32,000 nt of DNA from contig CAZXEQ010000001.1 of the NCBI GenBank assembly GCA_964640155.1, positions 576,403 to 608,402 of the forward strand, written 5' to 3'. The DNA comes from an uncultured bacterium (GTDB lineage: Bacteria > Auribacterota > JACPWU01). Under the pieces are notes generated by a model that saw nothing but the letters and a program-made list of their open reading frames with translations, was not told the DNA's origin and searched no databases. Both the position numbers and the translations under genes were made by a program. Of this stretch, positions 1-7,982 are shown in pieces; the stretch's first letter is position 1, and each line of letters begins with the position of its first letter.

Positions 1-267
1 GAAAACTATATTTCTTTTTCTGTCTTTTTAATTCTTTCCTTCGGTCTAGCATTTGAAATACCTCTTATCATCCTAGCGCTTGTAAAATTTGGAGTTTTAT
101 CGCATACCACCCTTCGTACGAAAAGGCGTTTGGCAATTGTATTTATTTTCATTACAGCTGCCCTGCTTACTCCCTCGCCTGATGCTTTTAGTCAAATTTT
201 GCTCGCTATTCCAATGATACTTCTTTATGAAATGTGTGTTTGGCTCAGTGCCAAAATAAAAAGATGA
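1..267 (+). CDS. tatC: Tat translocase subunit TatC, C-terminal fragment (5' end lies outside the window)
   Basis: Frame 1 is open from base 1 to TGA at 265-267. It reads ...FGLAFEIPLIILALVKFGVLSHTTLRTKRRLAIVFIFITAALLTPSPDAFSQILLAIPMILLYEMCVWLSAKIKR, matching the conserved C-terminal TM region of TatC (TPxPD..SQ...A.P...LYE). It is absent from the ORF track because no start codon lies in the window. The antisense ORF 97..336 is a shadow. Confidence 0.85.
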   Translation, partial: ENYISFSVFLILSFGLAFEIPLIILALVKFGVLSHTTLRTKRRLAIVFIFITAALLTPSPDAFSQILLAIPMILLYEMCVWLSAKIKR

Positions 268-422
268 TCCCACCACCTCCTGCTGACCCAAAGGGCCATG
301 CTTTGTGAAATCGGAGACAAGATAAAAATAATGCAAAATATTAGAACGTCAAAAACATATGGATCATTGCAGATAAGAGACCAAAGCATGTCATGCTTAC
401 GCATGATGCAGGAGGTAGTGGG

Positions 423-1673
423 ATGAGACTCTCCTCTCTTCGCATAGGGGCTTGGTGTTTTTATGATTTTGCTAATTCTTCCTTTTCAACGATTATACTT
501 ACTGTTGCCTATGGTATTTATTTTAAGAGTATCCTTTGTGAAGGAAAGTATGGAGATTTCCTATGGGGATTAAGCCTTGCCATTGCCTATTTTTTGTCCG
601 CTTTTATGGCCCCTATTCTCGGGGCTTTCTCTGATCAAACAGGCCACAAAAAACCTTTTCTGATTATCCTGACTCTTGTTTCAGTTGTAACCACTCTGGG
701 GCTTGGTTTTCTGAGTCAAGGCATGGTTCTGACAGGGATGATTCTTTTTATTATGGGATTCTTCGGATTTGCCACAGCTAATATCTTTTACAATGCATTT
801 CTTTTAGAAATTTCCACTCCTAAAAATATCGGACGCATCTCTGGATTTGGATGGGGGTTAGGTTATCTGGGAGGACTTGGTACACTTGCTCTTTGTTATC
901 CATGGCTTGTTCAAGAAAAATTTCCTATCACTTTTATGATCACCTCTCTTTTCTTTTTTATTTTCTCTCTACCTGCTTCTTTATTTCTCAAATCAAGCCT
1001 AAGAACTTTGCCCAAACAAAGTTTAAAATTAACACTCTTACAAACATTTTCAAGATTAAATGAAACAAGAAAAAATATTCGTCAATATCGAACCCTAACT
1101 CAATTTCTCATCGCCTATTTTTTCTACAATGACGGCCTAAGTACCATCATCACCTTTTCAAGCATTTATGCGCATGACACCTTCTCCATGACGATGAAAG
1201 AAGTCACACTTCTTTTTGCCATGCTTCAAATCACCGCTTTTTTAGGAGCATTTATTTCTGGATTCATCGTGGACAAAATAGGAGCCAAAAGAACTATTTT
1301 GATCACTCTTTTTTTATGGATGGGAACTACTTTAGGAGCTTATTTTGCTCAAAGCAAAATGACTTTTTGGATTGTATCCCTACTTGCAGGGTTAGGACTT
1401 GGATCTTGCCAGTCTGCATCTAGATGTTTCATTGGACTTTTGACTCCTAAAGAAAAATCAGGAGAATTCTTTGGCTTTTTTGCTGTTTTCACCAAATGTT
1501 CCTCCATGTTAGGACCTTTACTTTTCGGCCTAACCTCTCAACTATTTGCAAGTCAGAGAAAAGCAATACTAACCGTTCTTGTCTTCTTTATTCTAGGAAC
1601 TTTCTTCCTTTTGAGAATAAAGACGGAAAAAGTTGAAAATGGAAATCAATCGTGGGATAATAAATTGATTTGA
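423..1673 (+). CDS. MFS transporter, UMF1/Atg22-like family
   Basis: The ORF is highly hydrophobic with many TM segments and an N-terminal FYDFANSSFSTII motif typical of UMF1-type MFS permeases. The start was moved to ATG 423 (MRLSSL...), which lies 7 nt after AGGAGG at 410-415. The track start at 393 has no SD. Confidence 0.7.
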   Translation: MRLSSLRIGAWCFYDFANSSFSTIILTVAYGIYFKSILCEGKYGDFLWGLSLAIAYFLSAFMAPILGAFSDQTGHKKPFLIILTLVSVVTTLGLGFLSQGMVLTGMILFIMGFFGFATANIFYNAFLLEISTPKNIGRISGFGWGLGYLGGLGTLALCYPWLVQEKFPITFMITSLFFFIFSLPASLFLKSSLRTLPKQSLKLTLLQTFSRLNETRKNIRQYRTLTQFLIAYFFYNDGLSTIITFSSIYAHDTFSMTMKEVTLLFAMLQITAFLGAFISGFIVDKIGAKRTILITLFLWMGTTLGAYFAQSKMTFWIVSLLAGLGLGSCQSASRCFIGLLTPKEKSGEFFGFFAVFTKCSSMLGPLLFGLTSQLFASQRKAILTVLVFFILGTFFLLRIKTEKVENGNQSWDNKLI

Positions 1674-1696
1674 TCCCTAATGGATAGGAGTCTTGT

Positions 1697-1876
1697 GTGA
1701 AAAAAATCTTCCTTTTGCTCTTCTTAATCATCCCTTCTTTCATTTTTGTGTCAGGCTGTGGATCTCGCGATATTATCAAAGAACATGAACCTTGCGGATG
1801 CATCAGCACCTGTGCTTGCATGCACTGTGTTCTGGCCTCACGAATTTGCACTTGTGAGAAAAAGGGAGAATCTTAA
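1697..1876 (+). CDS. Small Cys-rich lipoprotein (59 aa), metallothionein-like CxC repeats
   Basis: GTG start at 1697 lies 6 nt after AGGAG (1686-1690). Translation: VKKIFLLLFLIIPSFIFVSGCGSRDIIKEHEPCGCISTCACMHCVLASRICTCEKKGES, ending at TAA 1874-1876. It has a canonical lipoprotein signal (KK n-region, hydrophobic core, lipobox V-S-G-C). It is below the 60-aa cutoff of the ORF track. The antisense ORF 1588..1851 is a shadow. Confidence 0.6.
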   Translation: MKKIFLLLFLIIPSFIFVSGCGSRDIIKEHEPCGCISTCACMHCVLASRICTCEKKGES

Positions 1877-2080
1877 GAACCTCGGTTAATCATGATTTGA
1901 GATTGAAGATTTTGATTCTCTGGATTACAATCCAACCAGATTCGGCATTCCAGTGTCACACACTTTTTTAAATACTTTAAATAACTTGTCCCCTATCGAG
2001 GACTATGCTAAAGCACTATAAAGGCTTGAGAAGCATGGCTGCTCGGTATAGTAGCTAAATTAAATTTTTTAGTCTAAATC

Positions 2081-2156
2081 GGGGCTGTAGCTCAGTTGGT
2101 AGAGCGTGTCGTTCGCAATGACAAGGTCGTCGGTTCGATCCCGATCAGCTCCACCA
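2081..2156 (+). tRNA. tRNA-Ala (anticodon CGC), CCA encoded
   Basis: Cloverleaf: GGGGCTG/CAGCTCC acceptor stem with the G3:U70 alanine identity pair, D arm GCTC-AGTTGGT-AGAGC, anticodon loop TT-CGC-AA, T arm GTCGG-TTCGATC-CCGAT, then discriminator A and CCA. Confidence 0.95.
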
Positions 2157-2312
2157 TTTCGCATTAAGAAGGTTTTTTCGGGTTGGTTTTTTGACGGCTG
2201 TCGCCGTTTCAGCGAGGGAAGACCAAGGTTTGTGGAATGTAATGCTGAGGGCCCCGCCGTAGGCAGTGTAGTAAAGTCATTAGCTCGGATCGTAATTACG
2301 CGGATTAAATTA

Positions 2313-2897
2313 TTAAATCTCAAATAACTTCAAATTTGATAAGTGTGATTTTTTATTGATATTTCCAAAAATCCTTTTATCAAACTTCTGTGTAATCCTT
2401 CTCACTCGCCGCGAAGGTAGCATTTTAATCAAACGATTTACGGATAACGCATCACTTTGAATAAGTTCTAAAATGCTCTCGGCAAGATGAGCCTTATAGA
2501 TTCCGGGAAATGGATAAAACTCTTCAAACGGACAAGAATCAAAAAGTGTAATATGAACTTCTGAATCCCATGACTGAATTAGAAACGCCAGAGCTTCCAC
2601 ACTCATCATTGGCATATCGCATGTCAAGACTACCAATGAATCATCAGGAAACAGCCTGCAAGCCGTATAAAGCCCTCCCATCGGCCCTTTGCAGGGAAGG
2701 ATATCCCTCTCAATCCTGCATTTCAAAAAAGAGTAATCGCGAGATGCATTCGTAATAACACAAGGGTTGAGTTTGAATCGAGAGAGAAGATCAATAGATC
2801 GCTCCAGAAAAGTCTCCGAACCAAATTTGGCGAGAGCCTTGTCTTCACCAAATCTTAAGCTCCTCCCGCCCGCCAAGACAATGCCTTGCAGTTTCAC
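2313..2897 (-). CDS. mobA: Molybdenum cofactor guanylyltransferase MobA
   Basis: The N-terminal GIVLAGGRSLRFGEDKAL nucleotide-binding signature is typical of MobA. The GTG start overlaps the moaE stop (GTGA). It is the last gene of the Moco operon. Confidence 0.85.
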   Translation of the reverse strand: MKLQGIVLAGGRSLRFGEDKALAKFGSETFLERSIDLLSRFKLNPCVITNASRDYSFLKCRIERDILPCKGPMGGLYTACRLFPDDSLVVLTCDMPMMSVEALAFLIQSWDSEVHITLFDSCPFEEFYPFPGIYKAHLAESILELIQSDALSVNRLIKMLPSRRVRRITQKFDKRIFGNINKKSHLSNLKLFEI

Positions 2898-3322
2898 AAT
2901 GACGACTCATTGAAATGACAGTTCAAGACCCATTTCTCTGATCCATCGGCATAAATTTCTTTTTTCCATATGGGAACTTTTTGTTTGATAGTCTCTATCA
3001 CTTTTCGACAAGCGGAAAAAGCCTCCCCGCGATGAGATGCATTTACAATGATGACAACAGCGATTTCTCCTACTTCCAGCCATCCTGTCCGATGAAGAAC
3101 CCGTATATCATCAATGCCAAAATCCTTCTTAGCTTCATCAATGGCTTGTTTGATCTCTTTTTCCGCCATGGAGGTATAACAATCATAAAAGAGTCTGGCC
3201 ACCTTCTTCCCCTCATGATGGTTTCTAACAATTCCTGCAAAAGACACCACTGCCCCACAAGTTTGATCAGGCTTCTCGATCAACATCTTTTCGAAGGAAA
3301 TAGGCTCGGTTGTAATGTACAC
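2894..3322 (-). CDS. moaE: Molybdopterin synthase catalytic subunit MoaE
   Basis: MoaE-like sequence (GAVVSFAGIVRNHHEGKKV...VLHRTGWLEVGEIAVVIIVNASHRGEAF...VPIWKKE), with the size and operon context next to moaD. Confidence 0.88.
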   Translation of the reverse strand: MYITTEPISFEKMLIEKPDQTCGAVVSFAGIVRNHHEGKKVARLFYDCYTSMAEKEIKQAIDEAKKDFGIDDIRVLHRTGWLEVGEIAVVIIVNASHRGEAFSACRKVIETIKQKVPIWKKEIYADGSEKWVLNCHFNESSL

Positions 3323-3327
3323 TTTTC

Positions 3328-3573
3328 TTACCCTCCGGCAACCGGTGGAAGCAAGGCTACCACATCGTCATCCTGCAAAACCCGATTCTCCTTCGCAATG
3401 TCTTCGTTCACGGCATAAAGAATCGGAAGCGATCGCAGAGACTCCAGCGCCTCATTCTGAAAAAGAGAGTGAACCAGTTTTCCAACAGTCACTCCTTTTT
3501 CAATTTCAATGTAGCATTCGCCTTTTCGAAAGGCATCACGCAGCTGAGCAAAAAAAAGCACGCGCACTTTCAT
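3328..3573 (-). CDS. moaD: Molybdopterin synthase sulfur-carrier subunit MoaD
   Basis: An 81-aa ubiquitin-fold-size protein ending in the diagnostic C-terminal GG (LLPPVAGG). Its start overlaps the moeA stop (ATGA). Confidence 0.88.
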   Translation of the reverse strand: MKVRVLFFAQLRDAFRKGECYIEIEKGVTVGKLVHSLFQNEALESLRSLPILYAVNEDIAKENRVLQDDDVVALLPPVAGG

Positions 3574-4799
3574 ACAACTCTCTCCTCTCCATAGGGCAGA
3601 ATATCCACATGAACGCTCTCTCCCTTCTTGACCTGTCCTCGGCCAGGAGGGATCAGAACAATCGCATTCATCGCATGCAGGGAAGAAATCATATGCGAAC
3701 CCTGGTGAGATAAAATTTCCACTCTGGTGTGATTTCTAAAACGTTTTCGTTTTCCCTTCAAAAAAAGAAATTTTGAGGAATCGCTTGACTGGGATTCTTC
3801 AAGACTCGCAACCTCTTGAGCTAGAGAAGGGCACAACAGCCCGCAAATACGTCGCAAGAGCGGATAAACATATTCGTAGAAACAAATAAAAACACTGGCG
3901 GGATTGCCAGGCAAGCCAAAGACAAATTTATGATTTTTCTTTCCAAAGAAAATAGGTTTGCCAGGCTTTTGACTAATTTTCCAAAAGATCTGACGTACGC
4001 CCTGTTCTTGCAAAACCTCCTTCACATAATCATAGTCCCCGACGGAAACTCCCCCTGTTAAAATTACAACATCGCTTACACTCAGTGCTTGACGAATCCC
4101 GTTTGCTAATACTTTAGGCTTATCTTTAAGCGTTCTCACCAGACAAGGCGCAATGCCCATCTGGTCTAGACTCGCCCTCAACATCCAAGAATTGCTTTCG
4201 TAGACCTGAGCGCGTTTCAAAACACTTCCAGGGCGAATCAATTCATTCCCTGTTGTCATCAGTGATACCTTGGGTTTCGAAAACACTTTGACTCGAGTCT
4301 TCCCCAATGATGCCAAAAGGCCCACTGTCCCAGGATTAATGATCGCGTATTTCTTAAGCACGAGGTCACCTTTTTTAATTTCTTCACCTGACAATCGAAC
4401 ATGATTTCCCTGGGATAAAGCCTGAGAGACCGCCAAATATCCATCCTTGATCCTTGCATCTTCTTTTCGAAGAACGGTATCTGCCCCCTTGGGCACAAGG
4501 GCCCCGGTCATGATGCGAAGACATTCCCTGGCGTCCAACGGCTCATTTCCTCCATCTCCAGCCCTGATAGCACCTTTTATCTTTAGAAAAACAGGATTTT
4601 TAAATGATGCTCCTCGCGTATCCGCCGCCTTTAGAACAAAACCATCCATTGCAGAATTGTCTGCTATAGGCAGTGAAAGGGGAGCACGGATATCTTCTGC
4701 AAGAACATAACCCAGAGCCTCGCCTAAAGACCTGATCTCCTTCCTTAAAGGAGTCATCTCCTGGCTTATTATTTTCTTCGCTTGAGCTACAGAAATCAT
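3570..4799 (-). CDS. moeA: Molybdopterin molybdenumtransferase MoeA
   Basis: MoeA-like throughout (ISVAQA...PLSLPIADNSAMDGF...LTGGVSVGDYDYVKE...GLPGNPAS). The start was moved to ATG 4799 (MISVAQAKK...), preceded by AGGTGGTGGG. The 55-aa extension in the track is low-complexity (P/G-rich) and overlaps the upstream gene. Confidence 0.88.
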   Translation of the reverse strand: MISVAQAKKIISQEMTPLRKEIRSLGEALGYVLAEDIRAPLSLPIADNSAMDGFVLKAADTRGASFKNPVFLKIKGAIRAGDGGNEPLDARECLRIMTGALVPKGADTVLRKEDARIKDGYLAVSQALSQGNHVRLSGEEIKKGDLVLKKYAIINPGTVGLLASLGKTRVKVFSKPKVSLMTTGNELIRPGSVLKRAQVYESNSWMLRASLDQMGIAPCLVRTLKDKPKVLANGIRQALSVSDVVILTGGVSVGDYDYVKEVLQEQGVRQIFWKISQKPGKPIFFGKKNHKFVFGLPGNPASVFICFYEYVYPLLRRICGLLCPSLAQEVASLEESQSSDSSKFLFLKGKRKRFRNHTRVEILSHQGSHMISSLHAMNAIVLIPPGRGQVKKGESVHVDILPYGEERVV

Positions 4800-4877
4800 C
4801 CCACCACCTGTTGTTGGCCCTACGGGCCTGCCCGATGAAGTCGGACCCAACCTTGTCGGAACAACAGGTGGTGGGAT
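4798..4877 (-). promoter_or_regulatory. Structured intercistronic spacer: an 18-bp perfect helix pairs the last base of the TSUP stop codon and following bases with the moeA SD and first two bases of the AUG
   Basis: Plus 4798-4815 (atcccaccacctgttgtt) is the exact reverse complement of 4860-4877 (aacaacaggtggtgggat). Inner hairpins are GGCCC-tac-GGGCC (4816-4828) and CCGA-tgaag-TCGG (4832-4844). Confidence 0.6.
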
Positions 4878-5623
4878 CATAAAACCTCCCAAATCATCTT
4901 GAGGGAGGCACAAAATACCAGAATCGCAAGAATCCTGCCCAATTGAACCGCCGGCACCTTGCATGCGCCAAATCTAGATCCAACAAGGCCTCCCAACAGC
5001 ACTGCACACCCCAACGGCACCACGAAAGAGAGATCTAGAGACCCTTTTTGAAGATGCCCCAAAAGCCCCGCAAGAGAATTAACAAAAATAAAAAAACTCG
5101 CACAAGCGGCTGCGCCCTTGACGGTTGTCCAACGCATTAATAACAGGAGAGGACTCAAGAATATGCCTCCCCCAATCCCAAGAAGACCTGATAAAAACCC
5201 AAGACCCGCTCCCACTGGAAGTCCAATCATCCAAACTCTTTTCTGAGTTATCCTTTTTGTTTTTTCAAATGAGGCGTCCGAAATAAAGAATCTTAAGGCA
5301 ACCATTAATAAGGCGAGACCTAAAAGCAGACAAAACAAATCCTTGCTAAGTGAAAGGGTTCCACCCCAGAAGGCCAATGGAACAGAAAAAATGACAAACG
5401 GGAAGGCCCGGTTGATTTCAAAATGTCCTGCGCAGTAAAATTGCCACATTCCACAACCTGCAACAATCAAATTGCAGGCAAGTGCAATGGGGGGCACACT
5501 CTGGTATGGGAAACCCGCCAGCACTAGAATCGCAAGATAACTCGATCCTCCGCCAAACCCAACCATTGAATAGGCAAAAGCAATTGCGGCAAAAGCCATT
5601 GATACACAAATCATGGTCTGCAT
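4877..5623 (-). CDS. TSUP (TauE/SafE, DUF81) family membrane permease
   Basis: A 248-aa polytopic membrane protein with the N-terminal MVGFGGGSSYL and internal LLGIGGGIFLSPLL motifs typical of the TauE/SafE family. It abuts the moaC-mogA stop directly (TAG-ATG). Confidence 0.8.
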   Translation of the reverse strand: MQTMICVSMAFAAIAFAYSMVGFGGGSSYLAILVLAGFPYQSVPPIALACNLIVAGCGMWQFYCAGHFEINRAFPFVIFSVPLAFWGGTLSLSKDLFCLLLGLALLMVALRFFISDASFEKTKRITQKRVWMIGLPVGAGLGFLSGLLGIGGGIFLSPLLLLMRWTTVKGAAACASFFIFVNSLAGLLGHLQKGSLDLSFVVPLGCAVLLGGLVGSRFGACKVPAVQLGRILAILVFCASLKMIWEVL

Positions 5624-6526
5624 CTAATGTCCCAATCCTCTCATCATTTTGTAACTATGTAAAACAGCTGGGAAGATCGCATTTAACGTCTCGCGAACTC
5701 CGTTTGAAGAACCTGGAAGATTTAGAATAATCGTACTCCCCTTCTGCCCTGCAAGACCCCTAGATAACATGGCATAAGGCGTTCTTCGCTGGCCATAAGA
5801 ACGAGCTGCTTCCATGATGCCGGGTATCTCCCGATCCATCACCTCTCTAGTTGCTTCTACCGTCACATCTCTTGGCCCGAGGCCCGTGCCACCTGTTGAA
5901 ATGATCAAGGGCACTCCCTGATGACATAGTTCTTCGAGTTTGGCCTGAATCAAATCCTTTTCATCGGGAAGGACAATATATTCGGAGATGATCCCGAGCG
6001 CCTCAAGACGCTCTTTTATGATTTTTCCGGATTTGTCCTGTCTCGTCCCCTTAAAAGTTCCATCGGACGTAACGATCACTGCCGCGGAAAAACCCTTCGG
6101 GATCGTCTCCTCGAAATCTGATTTTCCTCCTGTTTTTGAGATAAGCTTAGTCGACACTATCTCTAGTTCCTTGTCGATAGGCTTTAGCATGTCATAAATC
6201 GTGAGCGCCGAAATCGAGGCAGCCGTCAAGGCTTCCATTTCTACCCCAGTTTTCCAAATAGCCCAAACGGTTGAAGTGATTAAGATTTTATCGGACTGAA
6301 CATCAAACTGAATATCAACTGAGTCAATGGAGAGAGGATGACAATATGGAATTAACTCCGATGTCTTCTTGGCTGCCATAATACCTGCAACACGAGCGAC
6401 GACCAAAACATCTTTCTTAGGAAGGTCATTTTCGAGCAATTTGCAAATCGTATCAGGTTTTGCGACCACCGTGCTTGTGGCCGAAGCCTCTCTGAGTGTT
6501 TCGATTTTGTCAGTAATTGATTTCAT
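5624..6526 (-). CDS. moaC: Bifunctional cyclic pyranopterin monophosphate synthase MoaC fused to a MogA/MoaB-type molybdopterin adenylyltransferase domain
   Basis: The N-terminal half has MoaC motifs (IPYCHPLSIDSVDIQF, TGVEMEALTAASISALTIYDMLK). The C-terminal half has the MoCF_biosynth signature (ISTGGTGLGPRDVT, LNLPGSS). Confidence 0.85.
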   Translation of the reverse strand: MKSITDKIETLREASATSTVVAKPDTICKLLENDLPKKDVLVVARVAGIMAAKKTSELIPYCHPLSIDSVDIQFDVQSDKILITSTVWAIWKTGVEMEALTAASISALTIYDMLKPIDKELEIVSTKLISKTGGKSDFEETIPKGFSAAVIVTSDGTFKGTRQDKSGKIIKERLEALGIISEYIVLPDEKDLIQAKLEELCHQGVPLIISTGGTGLGPRDVTVEATREVMDREIPGIMEAARSYGQRRTPYAMLSRGLAGQKGSTIILNLPGSSNGVRETLNAIFPAVLHSYKMMRGLGH

Positions 6527-6585
6527 CTCTAGATCTCCCTAGTCCACCACTCGTCACTCAACACTTTTTAGTATTCACTTTTTTC

Positions 6586-7605
6586 TCATCCTCCAATGCT
6601 TCGAATGTAAGGCGTTTCGTCTAAAGCAAGGGGAACGCCGCTTCCATCCTGAAAGGGCTGATCATAGAAGAATGGATTTCCCCTGGGTTTTATTTTCACA
6701 GCATACAAGACCGCCTTAATAATCTCTTCATCGGACTGATTTGCTTTCAATAATTCTCTCACAGAGACTTCCTCATGAGAAAAAAGGCAAGGACGAATTT
6801 TTCCATCGCTCGTCAGTCTTAGGCGAGAACAGTTATCACAAAAAGGTTCTGTCAATGATGCAATAAATCCTATCTTCCCTTTACCACCTTCAAGCCTAAA
6901 AGATTGGGCAACACTGTCTGCCCGTTCAAAATCTTGAATCAAAAAATATTTCTTAGCCACAAGCTGTCGGATTCTAGACATCGGGACAAAGAGGTCTGGC
7001 TTCCAGCGGGAACCGCAAAGCGGCATAAATTCCAAAAAACGAATCTCCAAAGGGTAATCAAAGGCCAGACTCGCAAATGGAAGGATTTCATGGTCATTAA
7101 AACCCTTCAACACCACCATATTGATTTTCAAGGGGAACCCTTCTTCAAAAGATGCAACAATGGACTGAAGAACTTTTTCATAACAATTCGTACGTGTGAC
7201 TTTGCGAAAACTGCCCACCTCTAAGCTGTCAAGGCTAATATTAATTCGATCGAGTCCAGACGCCTTGAGGGGTTTGACATACTCCAACAATCGGCTTGCG
7301 TTGGTCGTTAGAGAAAGATCACGGATCCCTTCAATTTTTTTGATATCCCTGACAATATCTAATAAATCATCTCTTAAAAGTGGTTCTCCTCCCGTAAGCC
7401 TGATCCGCTCAATACCAAGACGGCTCATGATTTCAACAAAGCGAACAATTTCATCTCGTGTGAGTGTTTCATGAGCTGGCAAAACGGGCAACCCCTCTTC
7501 AGGCATACAATAGACGCAGCGGAAATTACAGCGGTCTGTGAGGGAAATTCTGAGATAGTTGATGCGTCGACCAAAGGAGTCGACCAGTATATGAGTATAG
7601 ACCAT
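6586..7605 (-). CDS. moaA: GTP 3',8-cyclase MoaA (radical SAM)
   Basis: Radical-SAM CNFRCVYC motif near the N-terminus, a C-terminal second cluster region (CDNCSRLRLTSDGKIRPCLF), and a terminal GG. Confidence 0.92.
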   Translation of the reverse strand: MVYTHILVDSFGRRINYLRISLTDRCNFRCVYCMPEEGLPVLPAHETLTRDEIVRFVEIMSRLGIERIRLTGGEPLLRDDLLDIVRDIKKIEGIRDLSLTTNASRLLEYVKPLKASGLDRINISLDSLEVGSFRKVTRTNCYEKVLQSIVASFEEGFPLKINMVVLKGFNDHEILPFASLAFDYPLEIRFLEFMPLCGSRWKPDLFVPMSRIRQLVAKKYFLIQDFERADSVAQSFRLEGGKGKIGFIASLTEPFCDNCSRLRLTSDGKIRPCLFSHEEVSVRELLKANQSDEEIIKAVLYAVKIKPRGNPFFYDQPFQDGSGVPLALDETPYIRSIGG

Positions 7606-7611
7606 CTTTCC

Positions 7612-7738
7612 TTCTCCTTTTCAATTCACCCCCATGTTATGCCGGGGATCGGGAGGCGCTCGCGTTTCCGCTCAGGCACCTTCGGTCTGACTCCCATATC
7701 CTTATCTTCAAAAGAGACTTAGGAAATCAGACTCGGAG
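7612..7738 (-). ncRNA. Candidate Moco (molybdenum cofactor) riboswitch in the moaA leader
   Basis: The minus-strand RNA reads CUCCGAGUCUGA...(44 nt)...UCAGACCGAAGGUGCCUGAGCGGAAACGCGAGCGCCUCCCGAUCC...AAAAGGAGAAGGAAAG-AUG. It contains the CUCCGAG and GCCUCCC blocks I recall as hallmarks of the Moco RNA motif. It also has a GUCUGA/UCAGAC helix, a GCG-GAAA-CGC tetraloop hairpin, and a 5' CUCC able to pair with the GGAG of the moaA SD. It has not been verified by a covariance model. Confidence 0.55.
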
Positions 7739-7746
7739 AACATGCA

Positions 7747-7926
7747 CTATTTTTCTTTTTTTTCTTCGGACTTTACGTCCTTCTCAACGTCTCGAAGCCC
7801 TTTCTTAAGGGATCGAATTCCTTCGCCAATGGCACGAGCGAGTTCTGGAATTCTCTTTGGCCCAAACAAAATAAGCACAATCGCCAAAACAATGAGAATT
7901 TCTGTCCAACCCATCTTTCCGAACAT
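7747..7926 (-). CDS. tatA: Tat translocase subunit TatA/E (59 aa)
   Basis: ATG 7926 lies after AGGAGAGG. Translation: MFGKMGWTEILIVLAIVLILFGPKRIPELARAIGEGIRSLKKGLRDVEKDVKSEEKKEK, stop at 7747-7749. It shows the classic TatA architecture: one TM helix, an FGPKR(L/I)PEL hinge and an amphipathic helix. It is below the ORF-track cutoff. The listed plus-strand ORF 7742..7942 is its antisense shadow. Confidence 0.85.
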   Translation of the reverse strand: MFGKMGWTEILIVLAIVLILFGPKRIPELARAIGEGIRSLKKGLRDVEKDVKSEEKKEK

Positions 7927-7982
7927 AAGGGACCTCTCCTAGATTCAAATTAAGATGCTAAAACACTTGCAAATAAAGTTAT

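Noticed and set aside
97-336. A 79-aa minus-strand ORF in the track
   Set aside because: It lies antisense to a clearly TatC-like open frame (1-267) and has no recognisable features, so it is a shadow ORF.
2157-2312. A GC-rich 155-nt spacer between tRNA-Ala and the mobA 3' end, considered as an ncRNA (SRP, 6S or tmRNA-like) or a degenerate copy of the repeat family
   Set aside because: Only a short GCCCCGCC similarity to the repeat core was seen. I found no convincing conserved RNA motifs or long helices by eye. It is best left unassigned until a cmscan is run.
4800-4964. A 55-aa N-terminal extension of the MoeA ORF (MQGAGGSIGQ...PTTGGG)
   Set aside because: It is low-complexity, overlaps the 3' end of the TSUP gene, and is encoded by the palindromic spacer. 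ATG 4799 has a strong SD and gives a normal-length MoeA.
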